DNA of 45,686 nucleotides, taken from contig JAUCBJ010004540.1 of assembly GCA_032718475.1 (NCBI GenBank), positions 1-45,686 of the forward strand. The letters are read 5' to 3'. The notes below the pieces were generated by a model. It did no database searches and was not told where the DNA came from. It saw nothing but the letters and a program-made list of their open reading frames with translations. The translations under genes and the position numbers were made by a program. This document shows, in pieces, positions 10,438 to 21,725 of this stretch. Numbering within the stretch: the first letter of the stretch is position 1; each line of letters opens with the position of its first letter. The DNA comes from Nemertoderma westbladi (Eukaryota; Animalia; Xenacoelomorpha).

Positions 10438-11562
10438 TTAACAAAGGTTCACCTCTCTTGCCTCCCGCTCCTTGCACTCGTTCACCTCTCTTGTCTCCCG
10501 CTCCTTTCGTTCATTCTCTACTCTCGCCTCCCGCTCATTGCGCTCGTTTTCTACTCTCGCCTCCCGCTCCTCGCGCTCTTTGCACTCACTCATCTCTCTC
10601 TCCTCCCGCTCCATATAGTTTCTCGCCACCCTCTCGGCTCTCTCTTTACACTCTCTCGCTAATTCTCTCTCCCTCTCTAATAGTGCAGTTCCCTCATCTA
10701 ACTGCCTCTCCAGTTCCTTTTGATCCAGCGCCACAATGTCTAGTTGACACGCCAGATCTATCTCTAACACCGTTCTTGCTTTCGTGGAGGATGTAGTGGA
10801 CTTATCGGTTGCGACGGACTCCCGTCGCCTCTCTGTCCTACTAATTTTCCCCTGTTTACTGGGGTTCTTACTAACCGACGACACCGAATCCTCAGGGTTA
10901 ACCTCGGATTTGCCATCGTGCGGGTCCGCCCATCCCACTAACTTAATTCCCCTGGCATCCACTAGGTAAGGCCCTATGTACACTACATCTGGCTCCATTA
11001 CCTCGGACCGCCACAATTCAAACAGTTCTGTGGCGACCCCCCTCGCTCTCTCACTCGCCAGTTCTCCCTGTCCAAAACGGACTAAGTAACGGAAATGTTT
11101 ATTCGACTCACCTAGCCTCTGGTATAGTTTAGGCTGGTCTACCTTTCTCCCCTCCTTAGCCTCTTTCAGTAGTTTCTTCGTGGCATTGTATGCCCGTCAT
11201 AGGCGATCACTCGTCCCGATGTCCTCCTCGTTGACTCTACCTTCCCTCCTCGTCCGGCGTCGTACCGACGGCCCCACCGCCACCGTTCTGGTGGGCCATC
11301 CGTCGCCCTCCGCCTGTGGTTGGCTGGCGACTTCGGTACTCCAACCGCCGTCGTTGTCGCGCGTCGACTCGGTGTTGTCTTTCCCTCCTCGTTGTTGTCG
11401 GCCGCCCTCCGCTCGGGCATTCGGATCATCCCTCGTTGGCGAATCCGTGGTGGCAGGCCAGTACCGTCTCGTCGCGGCCTCTCGGATTGTTTGGTTGGTG
11501 TCATCCGGGGTCCGCGGTGGCGTTCTTTCTCCCTCTGATTCTCGGGGCGTTTGTTCACTCAT
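10438..11562 (-). pseudogene. Disrupted gag N-terminal region of copy B
   Basis: ORF pieces 11197..11562 and 10438..11016, separated by stops or frameshifts; no capsid or knuckle domain retained. Confidence 0.5.
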
Positions 11563-11610
11563 CTTTGTTTGTTGCGGTCACAGTCCATTGTAAGCTGGAT
11601 AGTTTTTAAC

Positions 11611-12137
11611 TGTGACTGGATCTGAGATCCCGACCGGGTAAGATTTGTACGCATCACGTAACTGCTGGTCTGCTGGGCTAGTGTCCTTTTGGCTGAAGGT
11701 CGTTGGGGAAAAATAACAGAGTTTGTGTTTCTCGATGTTAATGTTCCAATGATAATAGCACAGAATGTATGACAGTATATGATTGAAATTGCAATACAGA
11801 ATTACAACAGCAGTGTGTAGAATGACTGTTAAAAACTATAACCGGTCTGCAACTCTGTGATTAATGAACTGACCGGTAAATCAGTAATCAGGATAACTAT
11901 ATGATTGATACACATAGATATTGGTTTCACCTCTACTCTACTTGGCCTTCTGTACCCAATGGATGCTTTCCTATCTTTCCCCACGTGCTCCCCTGCCTGC
12001 TATTGGCTTATATACTAATTGTCACTTTGGCACTCCCTGTGAGTGTTACCCCCTGCCGCTAGCCTTGACTAGCTGCGTTCCCCCTGTGAGGTGGTTTGAC
12101 CTCTAACCTCTCTCTGTGGCTTTAGGGCCTGTGTCAA
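11611..12137 (-). repeat. Putative 5' LTR of copy B (~527 bp)
   Basis: Plus-strand ends tgtgac...gtgtcaa (imperfect terminal inverted repeat); minus-strand TATATAA at ~12008-12014; the adjacent 12-mer (11599-11610) is complementary to 11828-11839. Confidence 0.6.
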
Positions 12138-12194
12138 CCCCCCCCCCCCCCCCCCCCCCGAGTTGGTTATGGGGCGAGATTCTTATTGGTAATC

Positions 12195-12300
12195 TCATAT
12201 CGCCAACTATATTGGTAAAATGCCACTGGTCCCATTTTCAGGTGGATAAAGCAAGGGAATCGAATCCGCTTACACACCGACACGGTTTTCTTAACCCGTT
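12195..12300 (-). mobile_element. Degenerate tRNA-derived SINE remnant
   Basis: Minus strand has B-box-like ggattcgattcc followed by tccacctgaaaatgggacc, resembling a SINE central domain. Confidence 0.3.
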
Positions 12301-12314
12301 GTAGTGATTCTGGT

Positions 12315-14648
12315 GTGGTACCTCAGTTTCTAGCCTTCAAGGTACCTCCATCTCACCCTTTTGCAGAACCTGATGCTATTCGGGCCTTTCAGCTGCGGTT
12401 GCTAAACAAAACCATAGCTAGGAGGGTGAATGAGCTGATTGCTGCAGAGGGTCGTGTGGAGAGTACCAAGCATCACCTTGCCACTCGACTGGGAGATGCT
12501 CAGCTGATTGAGGAGGCCGTCTGCCAGGCTAACACCTGGTGCGACGGTAAACTCGACCAGTGGAGAGCTGACCAGGACGAGAAGTTTAGGTGGTGGGCCG
12601 GATGCCAAGGGACGCCATTACTTAATGTCCAAGGCACGGTGCGGTGTGAGGATGGGATTGTTCTACCTGAGACGGTTGAGACTGTGCTCAGACTTGGGGC
12701 CAAGAATCCGGTCAAAACCAAGTTTGACACCACTCTCTTCTACTCCCAGGTAGATTATTTCACCCGCGCGACCGATGCTGACAAAGTAAGTATGTCACAC
12801 CATTACCAGAATTATGCCAGGTTATTGCGCTTACAGTGGCAGTCTGATGCTGTCGCTACCACAGCCCATTACCTGAAGCAGCAGGGCCTGATTGCTGTGC
12901 CGTTTGACAAGGGTAATGGCTATTGTATTATGAGGAAGGAGTCGTATCTGGCCAAGGCTGATACACTCATCGCAGACCCGGCTAAGTTTGGTCCACCTCC
13001 CGGTCATCCTATTGCTGTTAAGGGCTGTACCGTCGCAGGGCCGAGGTTATACGGAACGAGGTCACCAGTATTGTAGGTAAGGAGAGTAAGGAACTCCTAG
13101 CGAAGTTACTTCCGCGCTAAGATACTACTCCCCCGAGGCTGTATGACCTCGCCAAGGTCCACAAGGCTGGTGTCCCTCTCCGCCCAATAACTTCAATGCC
13201 CGGCAGCATCTTCCACGCTGTCGCTGAGTACCTCAGGGACATGTTGCAGGTGCTGCCAGAGGGTAGGATTGGTACTAACAGCGCCGGGGCTGCCGATCGT
13301 CTCGCTGAGCTGGATGTAGAACCCACGGACCGCCTCTACTCCCTGGACGTAGTTAGTTTATTCACTAACGTTCCACTCAAGGAGGCGGTGCAGCTTGCTG
13401 CTGATCTACTGTACGAGCAACATCCTGACCAGCCTATCAACAAGGACCAATTTATTCGTCTTATGTTGGTTGCTACACAGGATGTTGTATTCCTGGATCA
13501 CCGTGGTAACTACCGTTGTCAGAGGGATGGTGTCGCCATGGGCTCCCCTTTGGGTCCCATACTCGCCAACATCTTTCTGTCACAGTTCGATGAGCAGATT
13601 GCGGCGGGTACCAAGCTTAGCGATAGGTACGTTGATGACGTGTTTAGCGTTGGTAGTAACGACCCCACTGAGAAGCTGAGAGAGGTCAATGCCCTCCACC
13701 CCAATCTTAAGTTTACACTTGAGTTGGAGGAACAGGGCCGCTTGCTTTTCCTTGATTTGGTTGTGTCCCGTACTGACCACGCGCTTGCGACGGCATGGTA
13801 CCGCAAGCCTACAGATACTGGGCTTGTTCTTAATGCTACTGCGTGTGCCCCTGAGGCATACAAACGGGGGGTAGTTCGTGGAATGTTTCATCGCATTTTC
13901 AATAAGGATGTAAGGGCGGGGATGGCTCCCAGCTCCATTCTGCAATTGGCGAAGCTAACACCATTCTTAGCAATAACCAATATACAAATGCGATGATTCA
14001 ACGCGAGCTTACCGCCGTCCGTGCCGCTAGGGGGCGTCCTGGCAATTGTAGTGAGAGCGAGGTGACTGCGGTTGCACCCACTGAGGTCATTGACCTGGTG
14101 GATCCAGCACCCGTAGATAATCCCAGGCCTATCATCTGAAGTTTGAGTACCGCGGTCGGGCTACCAAACTTTTCGTTCGTAGGCTACGTGGTCTAGTACC
14201 GAGATCTTGCGCACGGCCAGTGCGGTTTGTTTACACAACTGCCAAACTGCGCCAATCACTGCCATCATTGAAACATCGGGTTCCCGATATTCTGGCTTCT
14301 AACGTCGTGTATTCATTTGCTTGTCCCTCTTGTAAGGGGGAATATGTTGGACATACCATCCAACACTTATTTGAACGCGTTAGACAGCATCAGGACGGGT
14401 CGGCCAATGATGGTAGTGAACAAGGCAAGACAGTTCACAACCATATCATGACGCACTGCGGGGAGCCCAACACACGTTGGTTGACTGACTGGCGAGAGTT
14501 GTTCAAACACTTCAAGGTTATTGCACGGCACCCTTTGCGTCCTGTCCTGCAAAAACTAGAAATGTTTTATATACACACTCGCCAGCCAGCTATTAACAAG
14601 CAGAAACGTGATTGGCGCAAGTTTGAGGTGCTGCTTCCCAGTGGTTAG
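12315..14648 (+). pseudogene. Penelope RT-GIY-YIG polyprotein split into three ORF pieces
   Basis: ORFs 12315..13076, 13196..13996 and 14220..14648 are consecutive parts of one protein; the frameshifts are visible against copy 2. Confidence 0.9.
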
Positions 14649-14721
14649 ACAGATATACCTTGTTTCACTTTACCGTGCCGTCTCCCTTGGAACTTCTATA
14701 TATTGTCTCCTTTCTAGCACT

Positions 14722-14819
14722 AGCTACTTGAGAAAGCCCCCATTGGGGCGAAACCTACTGATCAGCTGACAGCCGTCAGCTGATCACTGATTGCATGCAA
14801 CGTCTAATGGTCAGTTGCT
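14722..14819 (+). ncRNA. Variant type I hammerhead ribozyme motif of Penelope copy 1
   Basis: agctac-UUGAGAAA-gcccc(catt)ggggc-GAAA-cc...gg-UC-agttgct: U3:A8 core variant, 5-bp stem II, GUC triplet at 14810-14812, stem I agctact/agttgct. Confidence 0.7.
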
Positions 14820-14917
14820 TTTTTATTTTAGTATTTGTATCGTACTGTACTGGCATACCTACCGGTAAGGTTTTTTACTTCAGCTTGACAATTAAAGAAT
14901 AAAATAACAACAGCTTA

Positions 14918-15323
14918 GTTACTACTACAAGGTCGAGTGAACTTGGACAGTGGAAATGAGATCCTTCCAGGCTTCCCGATTCTCCATAGTTGTCGCAATT
15001 TCGTTTCTCCCAGTTCAGTATCCCTTTCAAGTTGATCTATATATGTTATGGCTGGTCGTCCATGACTACGCTTTCCATGAGTTGGTTGCCAGAGAAGTAG
15101 ATATGGTATGACCTCGTCTTTACTTCGCCAGCAGTGCCCACTGAATCTTAATCTTCGTTCACGGAGGGTGGTTGATACAGGTGGTATTGTACCATAAAGC
15201 TCGGTGTTTGTCATCTGTTGTCTCCAGCTGATGTTTAGGGCTGCCCTTAGTAGTCTTGTGTAGCAACCATCTATTCGTTGTTCAAGTGATTTAGTCAGTG
15301 TCCAGGTCTCACCCCCGTATAAG
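14918..15323 (-). mobile_element. RTE-clade LINE 3' fragment with short (TAG)n tail
   Basis: LYGGETWTL...TRLLRAALNISW...TNTELY...RRLRFSGHCWR...LLLWQP.HGKR.HGRP is the RTE RT C-terminus; tail gtagtagtaa at ~14919-14928. Confidence 0.88.
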
Positions 15324-17937
15324 GCCGAGGAGATAGGGTTGCAAACGAGGCTGAGTAGGATGGCAGTAACTACTATCGCGAGCAAGGATGAGGTCCTGGA
15401 GATGAGAACGGGACGGTGCGAGATATCAGCAATAGCACCTGGATGTGATTATGGGGCGACCATCGACCCCATTCAAATAATAGAATCAATTAATATAAAC
15501 GCCAGGCGGCCCACCAGGATCGAGGTCGAGCAATACTGGTTCCTGGACGATATCGATTCCTCAATACCCGAAGTGGACGTCCCGAAGGTATCCATCATAG
15601 TCGGTATGGACTGTCCGACGGCCCACGAGAGAGTACGGACTATATTCGGAGAAAATAAACAGAGGGATCTGATGGCGATTCTTACGCCGTTCGGATGGAT
15701 GCTTAGCGGCCCAATTAAAACCAAGATTCCATTCGGGGTGTCGGAGACATCAGGGTGCATGTTTGCAGGCACAATGAGGGAGATGGAGGATGAAGGAGCA
15801 GAGGAGCAACTTAAGAGGCTGCTGCGGCAGGACTTCGAAGGATTAGAGGAGGCCTGGGTCGGAACCTCGGTAGAAGACAAACAAGCGATAGAGAGCGTAA
15901 AGAATTCTATGAATTGCAGAGGGGGACGGTACACCATAGGGATTGTGTGGAAACAACCAAAGCTACCGTTACCAGATAACAAAGGGATGGTACTCACGAG
16001 GCTCCGCAAACTGAAGCAGACGCTCAGACGGAGCCCCGAGAAGGACGAGTATATCCACAAAACAATTAGGAAATATGTTGAAAAGGGATGGGCCGTGGAG
16101 TTACCGGTCGACGAGCCAAACACGGACAGGACCTACTATTTGCCACGGCACGTGGCCTTGGATCCGAGGAAGGGTAAACTGTGGATGGTGGTCAACGCGT
16201 CGGCCAAAACGAATGGCAAAAGCCTAAATGACTATCTGCTGGAGGGCCCCAACATCTACAACTCGGGGATAGAGGTCCTGTTGCAATTCAGAAATGGAAG
16301 GCATGCCTTCACGTGCGACATTGAAGGCATGTTCAACCAAGTCCGTATGACAGAAGAAGACAGCGATAGTCAGCGCTTCCTATGGTACAACGGCGACGAA
16401 AAACCGTCTGAGATACCGATGTATAAAATGGCGGTGCAAAACATGGGGGCCAAGTCATCCTCATTCACAACAACTACGGCTGTAAGAGATACGGTAGAGG
16501 GCAAGGAAGGAGAGTATAGTGCAAAGGCGAGCGACATGATTCGACTTTCTATGTAGATGACGGGATGGGATCTGGAAACATGGTTGAAGAAATACTGGAG
16601 ATAAGGCGCGAGGTTCGCGACATCCTAAAAGGATCTGGGTTCAACCTTACTAAGTTCCAGTCCAGCTCTGAGGAATTTATGAAGGCCATAGAAGACAAAC
16701 GACCAGAGTCAACCAATGGACAATCCCACAACGGCAAAGGGACAGGTTTTGGTGAACAAGAGAGTGGAGTCTCAGCAAAAGGCACTAGGGATCGTGTGGA
16801 ACCGGGAGACGGACGAGTTGGAGTATCAACTAACCCAAGAGGGCGCAGAGATCCACACTAAGCGGGTTATGTGTCGTACATAGCAAGGATATACGATCCC
16901 CTAGGCCTAGCATCCCCATTGTTAGTCACGGGGAAGCAAATATTAAAGAAAGTATATAAGTTAAAGGATGAGTGGGATGCGGAGGTCCCGGAAGAAATAA
17001 GTAGACAGTGGAGTAAGTGGACGGGGGGTCTAGAGGAAATGGGGATGTACAGCATGCCATGCGTGTATTTCCCGTACGGAAACATGACGGACCTGGATCT
17101 GCATATGTTTTCCGATGCATCATTGAAAGCGTATGGAGCGGCACTTCATTTGGTACAGCGACGGGGGGCTCATATGCCCATACTTGCATTTAGTAAAGCG
17201 AAGTCGACGCCACCAGATTCAACATCAGTGCCGAAACTCGAGCTGACAGCTGCGAGGTTAGGAGTAAGGGCGACAGCTTACTTGATGGACACTATACCCA
17301 ACATAGTGGAGACACACTACTGGACGGACTCCATGGTAGTGTTAGGGTGGCTACATAATGAGAAGACAAGGTACCCTATATTCGTCGCAAACAGGATAGA
17401 TGAGATAAGGGTGACGACTGATCTAGAAAGGTGGCATTACTGCCCTACCGATGACAATTCAGCAGATCTGTTATTGAGGGGCGTTGGACGCCGCACTTTC
17501 TCGAAGAAGGAAGAGGAAGTAGTAACAGAAGAGGAGGGAGAGGATTCAGAAGGGGAAGAGATATACAGCCAGTTAGCAGGGAGATCAAGGAGGTGCCACC
17601 GAAATCGAAGGAACTATGCGATAATCCGTCGGATAGGTTGCTCAGTTACAGCTCCAGCTGGTTCAAGACTAAGAAGTTGGTAGCATATTTGTGGGCCTAT
17701 GGGGATTTCCTCAGGGGAGTTGGCAAGGATACCAAAAGGACACCAACCATCGATCTGGAAGGAGCGGCTAAAGCCGTAATACGATATGAACAAAGAAAGG
17801 GGTATGCCGACGAAGTGGACAGAGTCAGCAAGCAACAACACCTTCATCGAGACAGCGAGCTCAACACGCTGTCCTCGCAGTTGAACGACGGCGGGATACT
17901 GGTGATGAATTCCAGAGTGGTGAACAACAACAGCTTA
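15324..17937 (+). pseudogene. pol: BEL/Pao pol fragment (copy C: partial protease, RT, RNase H), frameshifted; a different family from copy A
   Basis: AILTPFGW, GRYTIGIVWK, YYLPRH, SLNDYLLEGP, CDIEGMFNQV, RFLW, FYVDD across a frameshift at ~16548, IYDPLG, LHMFSDAS, VPKLEL, YWTDS, WHYCPTDDNSAD. Confidence 0.92.
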
Positions 17938-17943
17938 ATTAAT

Positions 17944-18060
17944 AATTAAATGCTTGAGTTAATACAATTATTTTATTCTTTAATTGTCAAGCTGAAGTAA
18001 AAAACCTTACCGGTAGGTATGCCAGTACAGTACGATACAAATACTAAAATAAAATAAAAA
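17944..18060 (-). repeat. Inverted Penelope 3' end (inverted pLTR) at the 5' junction of copy 2
   Basis: Reverse complement reproduces ~14820-14907 essentially exactly and continues with ttgtattaactcaagc, similar to the copy-2 tail at ~20873-20888. Confidence 0.9.
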
Positions 18061-18850
18061 GATGCTGTCACTACGACCGCGCATTACCTGAAGCAACAGG
18101 GCCTGATTGCTGTGCCGTTTGACAAGGGGAACGGCTATTGTGTTATGAGGAAGGAGTCGTATCTGACCAAGGCTGATACTCTCATCGCCGACCCCGCCAA
18201 GTTTGGTCCCCCTCCAGGCTGCCAGGGTGCTGTGAAGATCGATATTTACCGTCGTAGGGCCGAGGTTATACGGGACGAGGTCACCAGTATTGTGGGTAAG
18301 GAGAGTAAGGAACTCCTAGCCAAGTTACTTCCGCGCAAGGATACTACTCCCCCGAGGCTGTACGGCCTCGCTAAGGTCCACAAGGCTGGTGTCCCCCTCC
18401 GCCCAATAACTTCAATGCCCGGCAGCATCTTCCACGCTGTCGCTGAGTACCTCAGGGACATGTTGCAGGTGCTGCCAGAGGGTAGGATTGGTACTAACAG
18501 CGCCGGGGCTGCCGATCGTCTCGCCGAGCTGGATGTAGAACCCACGGACCGCCTCTACTCCCTGGACGTAGTTAGTTTATTCACTAACGTTCCATCCACT
18601 CAAGGAGGCGGTGCAGCTTGCTGCTGATCTACTGTACGAGCAACATCCTGACCAGCCTATCAACAAAGACCAATTTATTCGTCTAATGTTGGTGGCTACA
18701 CAGGATGTTGTAATCCTAGATCACCATGGTAACTACTGCTTTCAGAAGGATGGTGTCGCCATGGGTTCCCCATTGGGTCCCATACTCGCCAACATCTTTC
18801 TGTCACAGTTTGACGAGCAGATCACAGTGGGTACCGAGATTAGTGAAAGG

Positions 18851-19647
18851 CAGGGACGGATTAAGGGGGGGGCAACAGGGGCAGCTGCAGGGGGCCCGTA
18901 AGTTGGAAGGGGCCCGCAAGTTGGGAGAAATTTACCGAACATTATCTCACTGATAAAACAACCTCATTTATTTATTAATTTCTGGCTGTTCAATAAATAT
19001 TTAGAGTATATCTCACATATAGCCTCACCATTCAGAGCACTGTGTCCCATAGAATGTTTAAAGTGTTTTAAAAAAATATTTTAAGTGTAATGTAATGCTT
19101 AAAGGAAAACGTTAGCAAAAAAACAAAATTAACCAAAAAAAAAAAATGTTAATAATAGTAAACTATTACTGTATTACAATTAACATTTAATTTACCTTTC
19201 AATTAATATTATCTGAAATCATTCACGAGTTCAGTAGGTTAGGAAATTGCTATTTTTAAGTAATTTTGTGTCTAATTTATTGATATACCAGTATATTATT
19301 CGTTCCTAAATATAGAATTGATGTCTTTTGGATGGTGTAATTTTAGGAAAAAATTAGTATTATTTAAATAATCAAGGACTATTATTCGATAAAAAAAAGT
19401 AAGTGGAAATCACCGCTTTTTTAACAGATATTCAATTTAGCGAAATTCAACTATGTTTTTTTTTTTTTTTATTCAACTGTTACGTTTTTATATCGAATAT
19501 ATTGTTTTATTTGAAAAAAATATTACCAGCGTTACTTATTTGTACCAACGGGGACCAAAATTTTTTGCAATTGGTTTTCGTCGGGGAGGGGGGGGGGTAG
19601 GGGCCCGTAAGTTGCGACTGCCGGGGGCCCGAAAATCCATAATCCGT
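18851..19647. mobile_element. hAT-type non-autonomous element (MITE) with a damaged right end
   Basis: Left TIR cagggacggatta; right end keeps only taatccgt; repeated ggggcccg subterminal motifs; 8-bp target gtgaaagg at 18843-18850, reappearing as (c)tgaaagg at 19684-19691. Confidence 0.8.
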
Positions 19648-19650
19648 AAG

Positions 19651-19717
19651 CCGACACTGAACATGTCGTCAACATACCTTTCACTGAAAGGTATGTTGAC
19701 GACGTGTTCAGTGTTGG
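19651..19717. repeat. 33 bp-arm inverted repeat with a 1-nt centre
   Basis: ccgacactgaacatgtcgtcaacatacctttca-c-tgaaaggtatgttgacgacgtgttcagtgttgg (2 mismatches). Confidence 0.95.
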
Positions 19718-20691
19718 TAACAACGACCCCACTGAGAAGTTGAGAGAGGTCAATGCCCTCCACCCCAATCTTAGGTTTACACTTGAGTTGGAGGAACAGG
19801 GCCACTTGCCTTTCCTTGATTTGGTTGTGTCCCGTACTGACCACGCGCTTGCAACGGCATGGTACCGCATGCCTACAGATACCGGGCTCGTTCTTAATGC
19901 TACTGCATGTGCCCCGGAGTCATATAAACGGGGGGTAGTTCGTGGAATGTTTCATCGCATATTTAACGTCAGTAAGGGCGGGCGGGGATGGCTCTCAGCT
20001 CAATACTGCAATTGGGGAAGCTAATATTATTCTTAGCAATAACCAATATACAAATGCGATGATTCAGCGTGAGCTTACTGCCGTCCGTGCCGCTAGGGGG
20101 CGTCCTGGCAATAGTAGTGAGAGTGAGGTAACTGCGGTTACACCCTCCGAGGTCATTGACCAGGTGGAGCCGAAACCGTCGGAAAATCCCTGGCCCATTA
20201 TCTGTAAGTTTGAGTACCGCGGTCGGGCCACCGAACTTTTTGTTCGTAGGTTGCGTGGTATAGTACGTTGTTTATTCTTTATCTTGTCCAGCTTGTAAGG
20301 GGGAATATGTTGGACATACCATCCAGCACTTGTTTGAACGTGTTAGACAGCATCAAGACGGGTCGGCCAATGATGGTAGTGAACAAGGCAAGACAGTTCA
20401 CAACCATATCATGACACACTGCGGCGAGCCCAATACACAGTGGTTGACGGACTGGCGTGAGTTCTTCAAGCATTTCAAAGTAATTGCACGGCACCCATTG
20501 CGGCCTGTCCTGCAAAAACTTGAAATGTTTTATATACGCACGCGTCAGCTCGCCATTAACAAACAGAAATGTGATTGGCGCAAGTTTGATGTGCTGCTTC
20601 CCAGTGGTTAGACAGATACACTTCTACCTTGTTTCACTTTACCTTTCTTTCTCCCTTGGGAACTTCTATCTATTGTATCCTTTCTAGCACT

Positions 20692-20789
20692 AGCTACTTG
20701 AGAAAGCCCCCATTGGGGCGAAACCTACTGATCAGCTGACAGTTGTCAGCTGAGCACTGACTGCATGCAACGTCTAAAGGTCAGTTGCT
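20692..20789 (+). ncRNA. Variant hammerhead ribozyme motif of Penelope copy 2
   Basis: Core and stem II identical to 14722-14819; differences are confined to the stem III insert. Confidence 0.7.
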
Positions 20790-21491
20790 TTTTTACTGTT
20801 TTATTTGTACTGCATACCTACTGGGAAGGTTTTTACTTCACTGCTTGACAATTAAATAAAAGTACCACTATATTGCATTAACTCAAGCTTTTTAATTCAA
20901 AATTAGAATCTACAGAGACGAACTGAAATCTATTTGATAGGAAGATGGAGATTAGTTGTAGCGGAGTTACGCGTACGCCATAGCTCTCAAGCTTCGATAA
21001 TAGTATTTTATGGTTGATGGTTTCAAAGGCCTTTTTTAGTTCAATATATATTGCGTAAGTAGAGTTTTTACTATCTAATGCCTGGTGAATTTTTTCTGTT
21101 ACTGTTAGGAGCGCGTGTGAAGTGGATGTTTTTGACCGGAAACCAAATTGCGAATCAGATAAAATGCAGTATTGTGAGAAATAAGATAATAATTGTGAGT
21201 TAATAATTTGTTCATATAATTTTGAGAGTATGGGAAGTAAAGAAATTCGTCGGTAATTATTAGGAACTGCAGGATTATTGGTTTTATATGAGGGAATAAC
21301 TTTAGCTATGAATATATATCTTTAATTCCAACATAGGACAATAAAACAGTAAATTAAATAATATATGTATTTTAGTAGCACATTAATATAGTAAAATTAT
21401 TAATAAAGGTTAAAAGGGGTAACAACAAGGCGACTATTTATATGAATATCTTTCTAATAAAATTAGACGTAGAGGCGTATCTATTTCGTAG

Positions 21492-21725
21492 GTAATGGGC
21501 GGTCAAGACGCATCAGGAATAGCGCTATTTGTATGTCTGAAAGGCTGGGTGGTACTTTCTGACACTGGGAATAGTGGGTCCTTTCTGCGGCTGTATTGCC
21601 AAAGAGCCAGCAATGACAGCTATCTGAAGCTTTCCAGCAGTTCCCATGCGCGCAGTATTGTTGATGGCACCCATTGGAGATCAACATTGCACCAGCCCGT
21701 CGACGGAAGCCTGTTATGTTATCCA
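21492..21725 (+). other. Possible host exon (sushi/CCP-like Cys/Trp spacing); duplicated at 28161-28394
   Basis: GC-richer 234-nt open frame between tttcgtag| and |gtaagt; translation contains FVCLKGW...LYC...W...CYP. Weak. Confidence 0.25.

Larger units (their letters stand above)
10385..12137 (-). mobile_element. 5' fragment of a second LTR retrotransposon family (copy B, probably BEL/Pao): LTR plus disrupted gag N-terminus
   Basis: LTR-like segment, ATG ~50 nt downstream (11562), and broken frames encoding VNPEDSVSSV...STTSSTKAR followed by an E/R-rich coiled coil, a pattern I associate with BEL gag N-termini. Truncated at a poly-C run. Confidence 0.6.
12310..14907 (+). mobile_element. 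Penelope-like element copy 1 (5'-truncated, frameshifted RT + GIY-YIG endonuclease, 3' pLTR region)
   Basis: PFDKGNG, KVHKAGVPLRPI, SLDVVSLFTNVP, GVAMGSPLGPILANIF, RYVDD, HPNLKFTLELE, FLDL, YRKPT; endonuclease NVVYSFACPSCKGEYVGHT...RVRQH...LEMFYI...PAINKQ. Confidence 0.95.
18061..20895 (+). mobile_element. Penelope-like element copy 2 (5'-truncated, MITE inserted just before YVDD, ~100 bp deletion before GIY-YIG)
   Basis: Colinear with 12846-14907; ORF pieces 18112..18627, 18611..18901, 19704..20024, 19942..20298 and 20330..20611. Confidence 0.93.

Noticed and set aside
20900-21180. Additional host exons suggested by ag/gt motifs
   Set aside because: Stops in most frames and no recognisable peptide.
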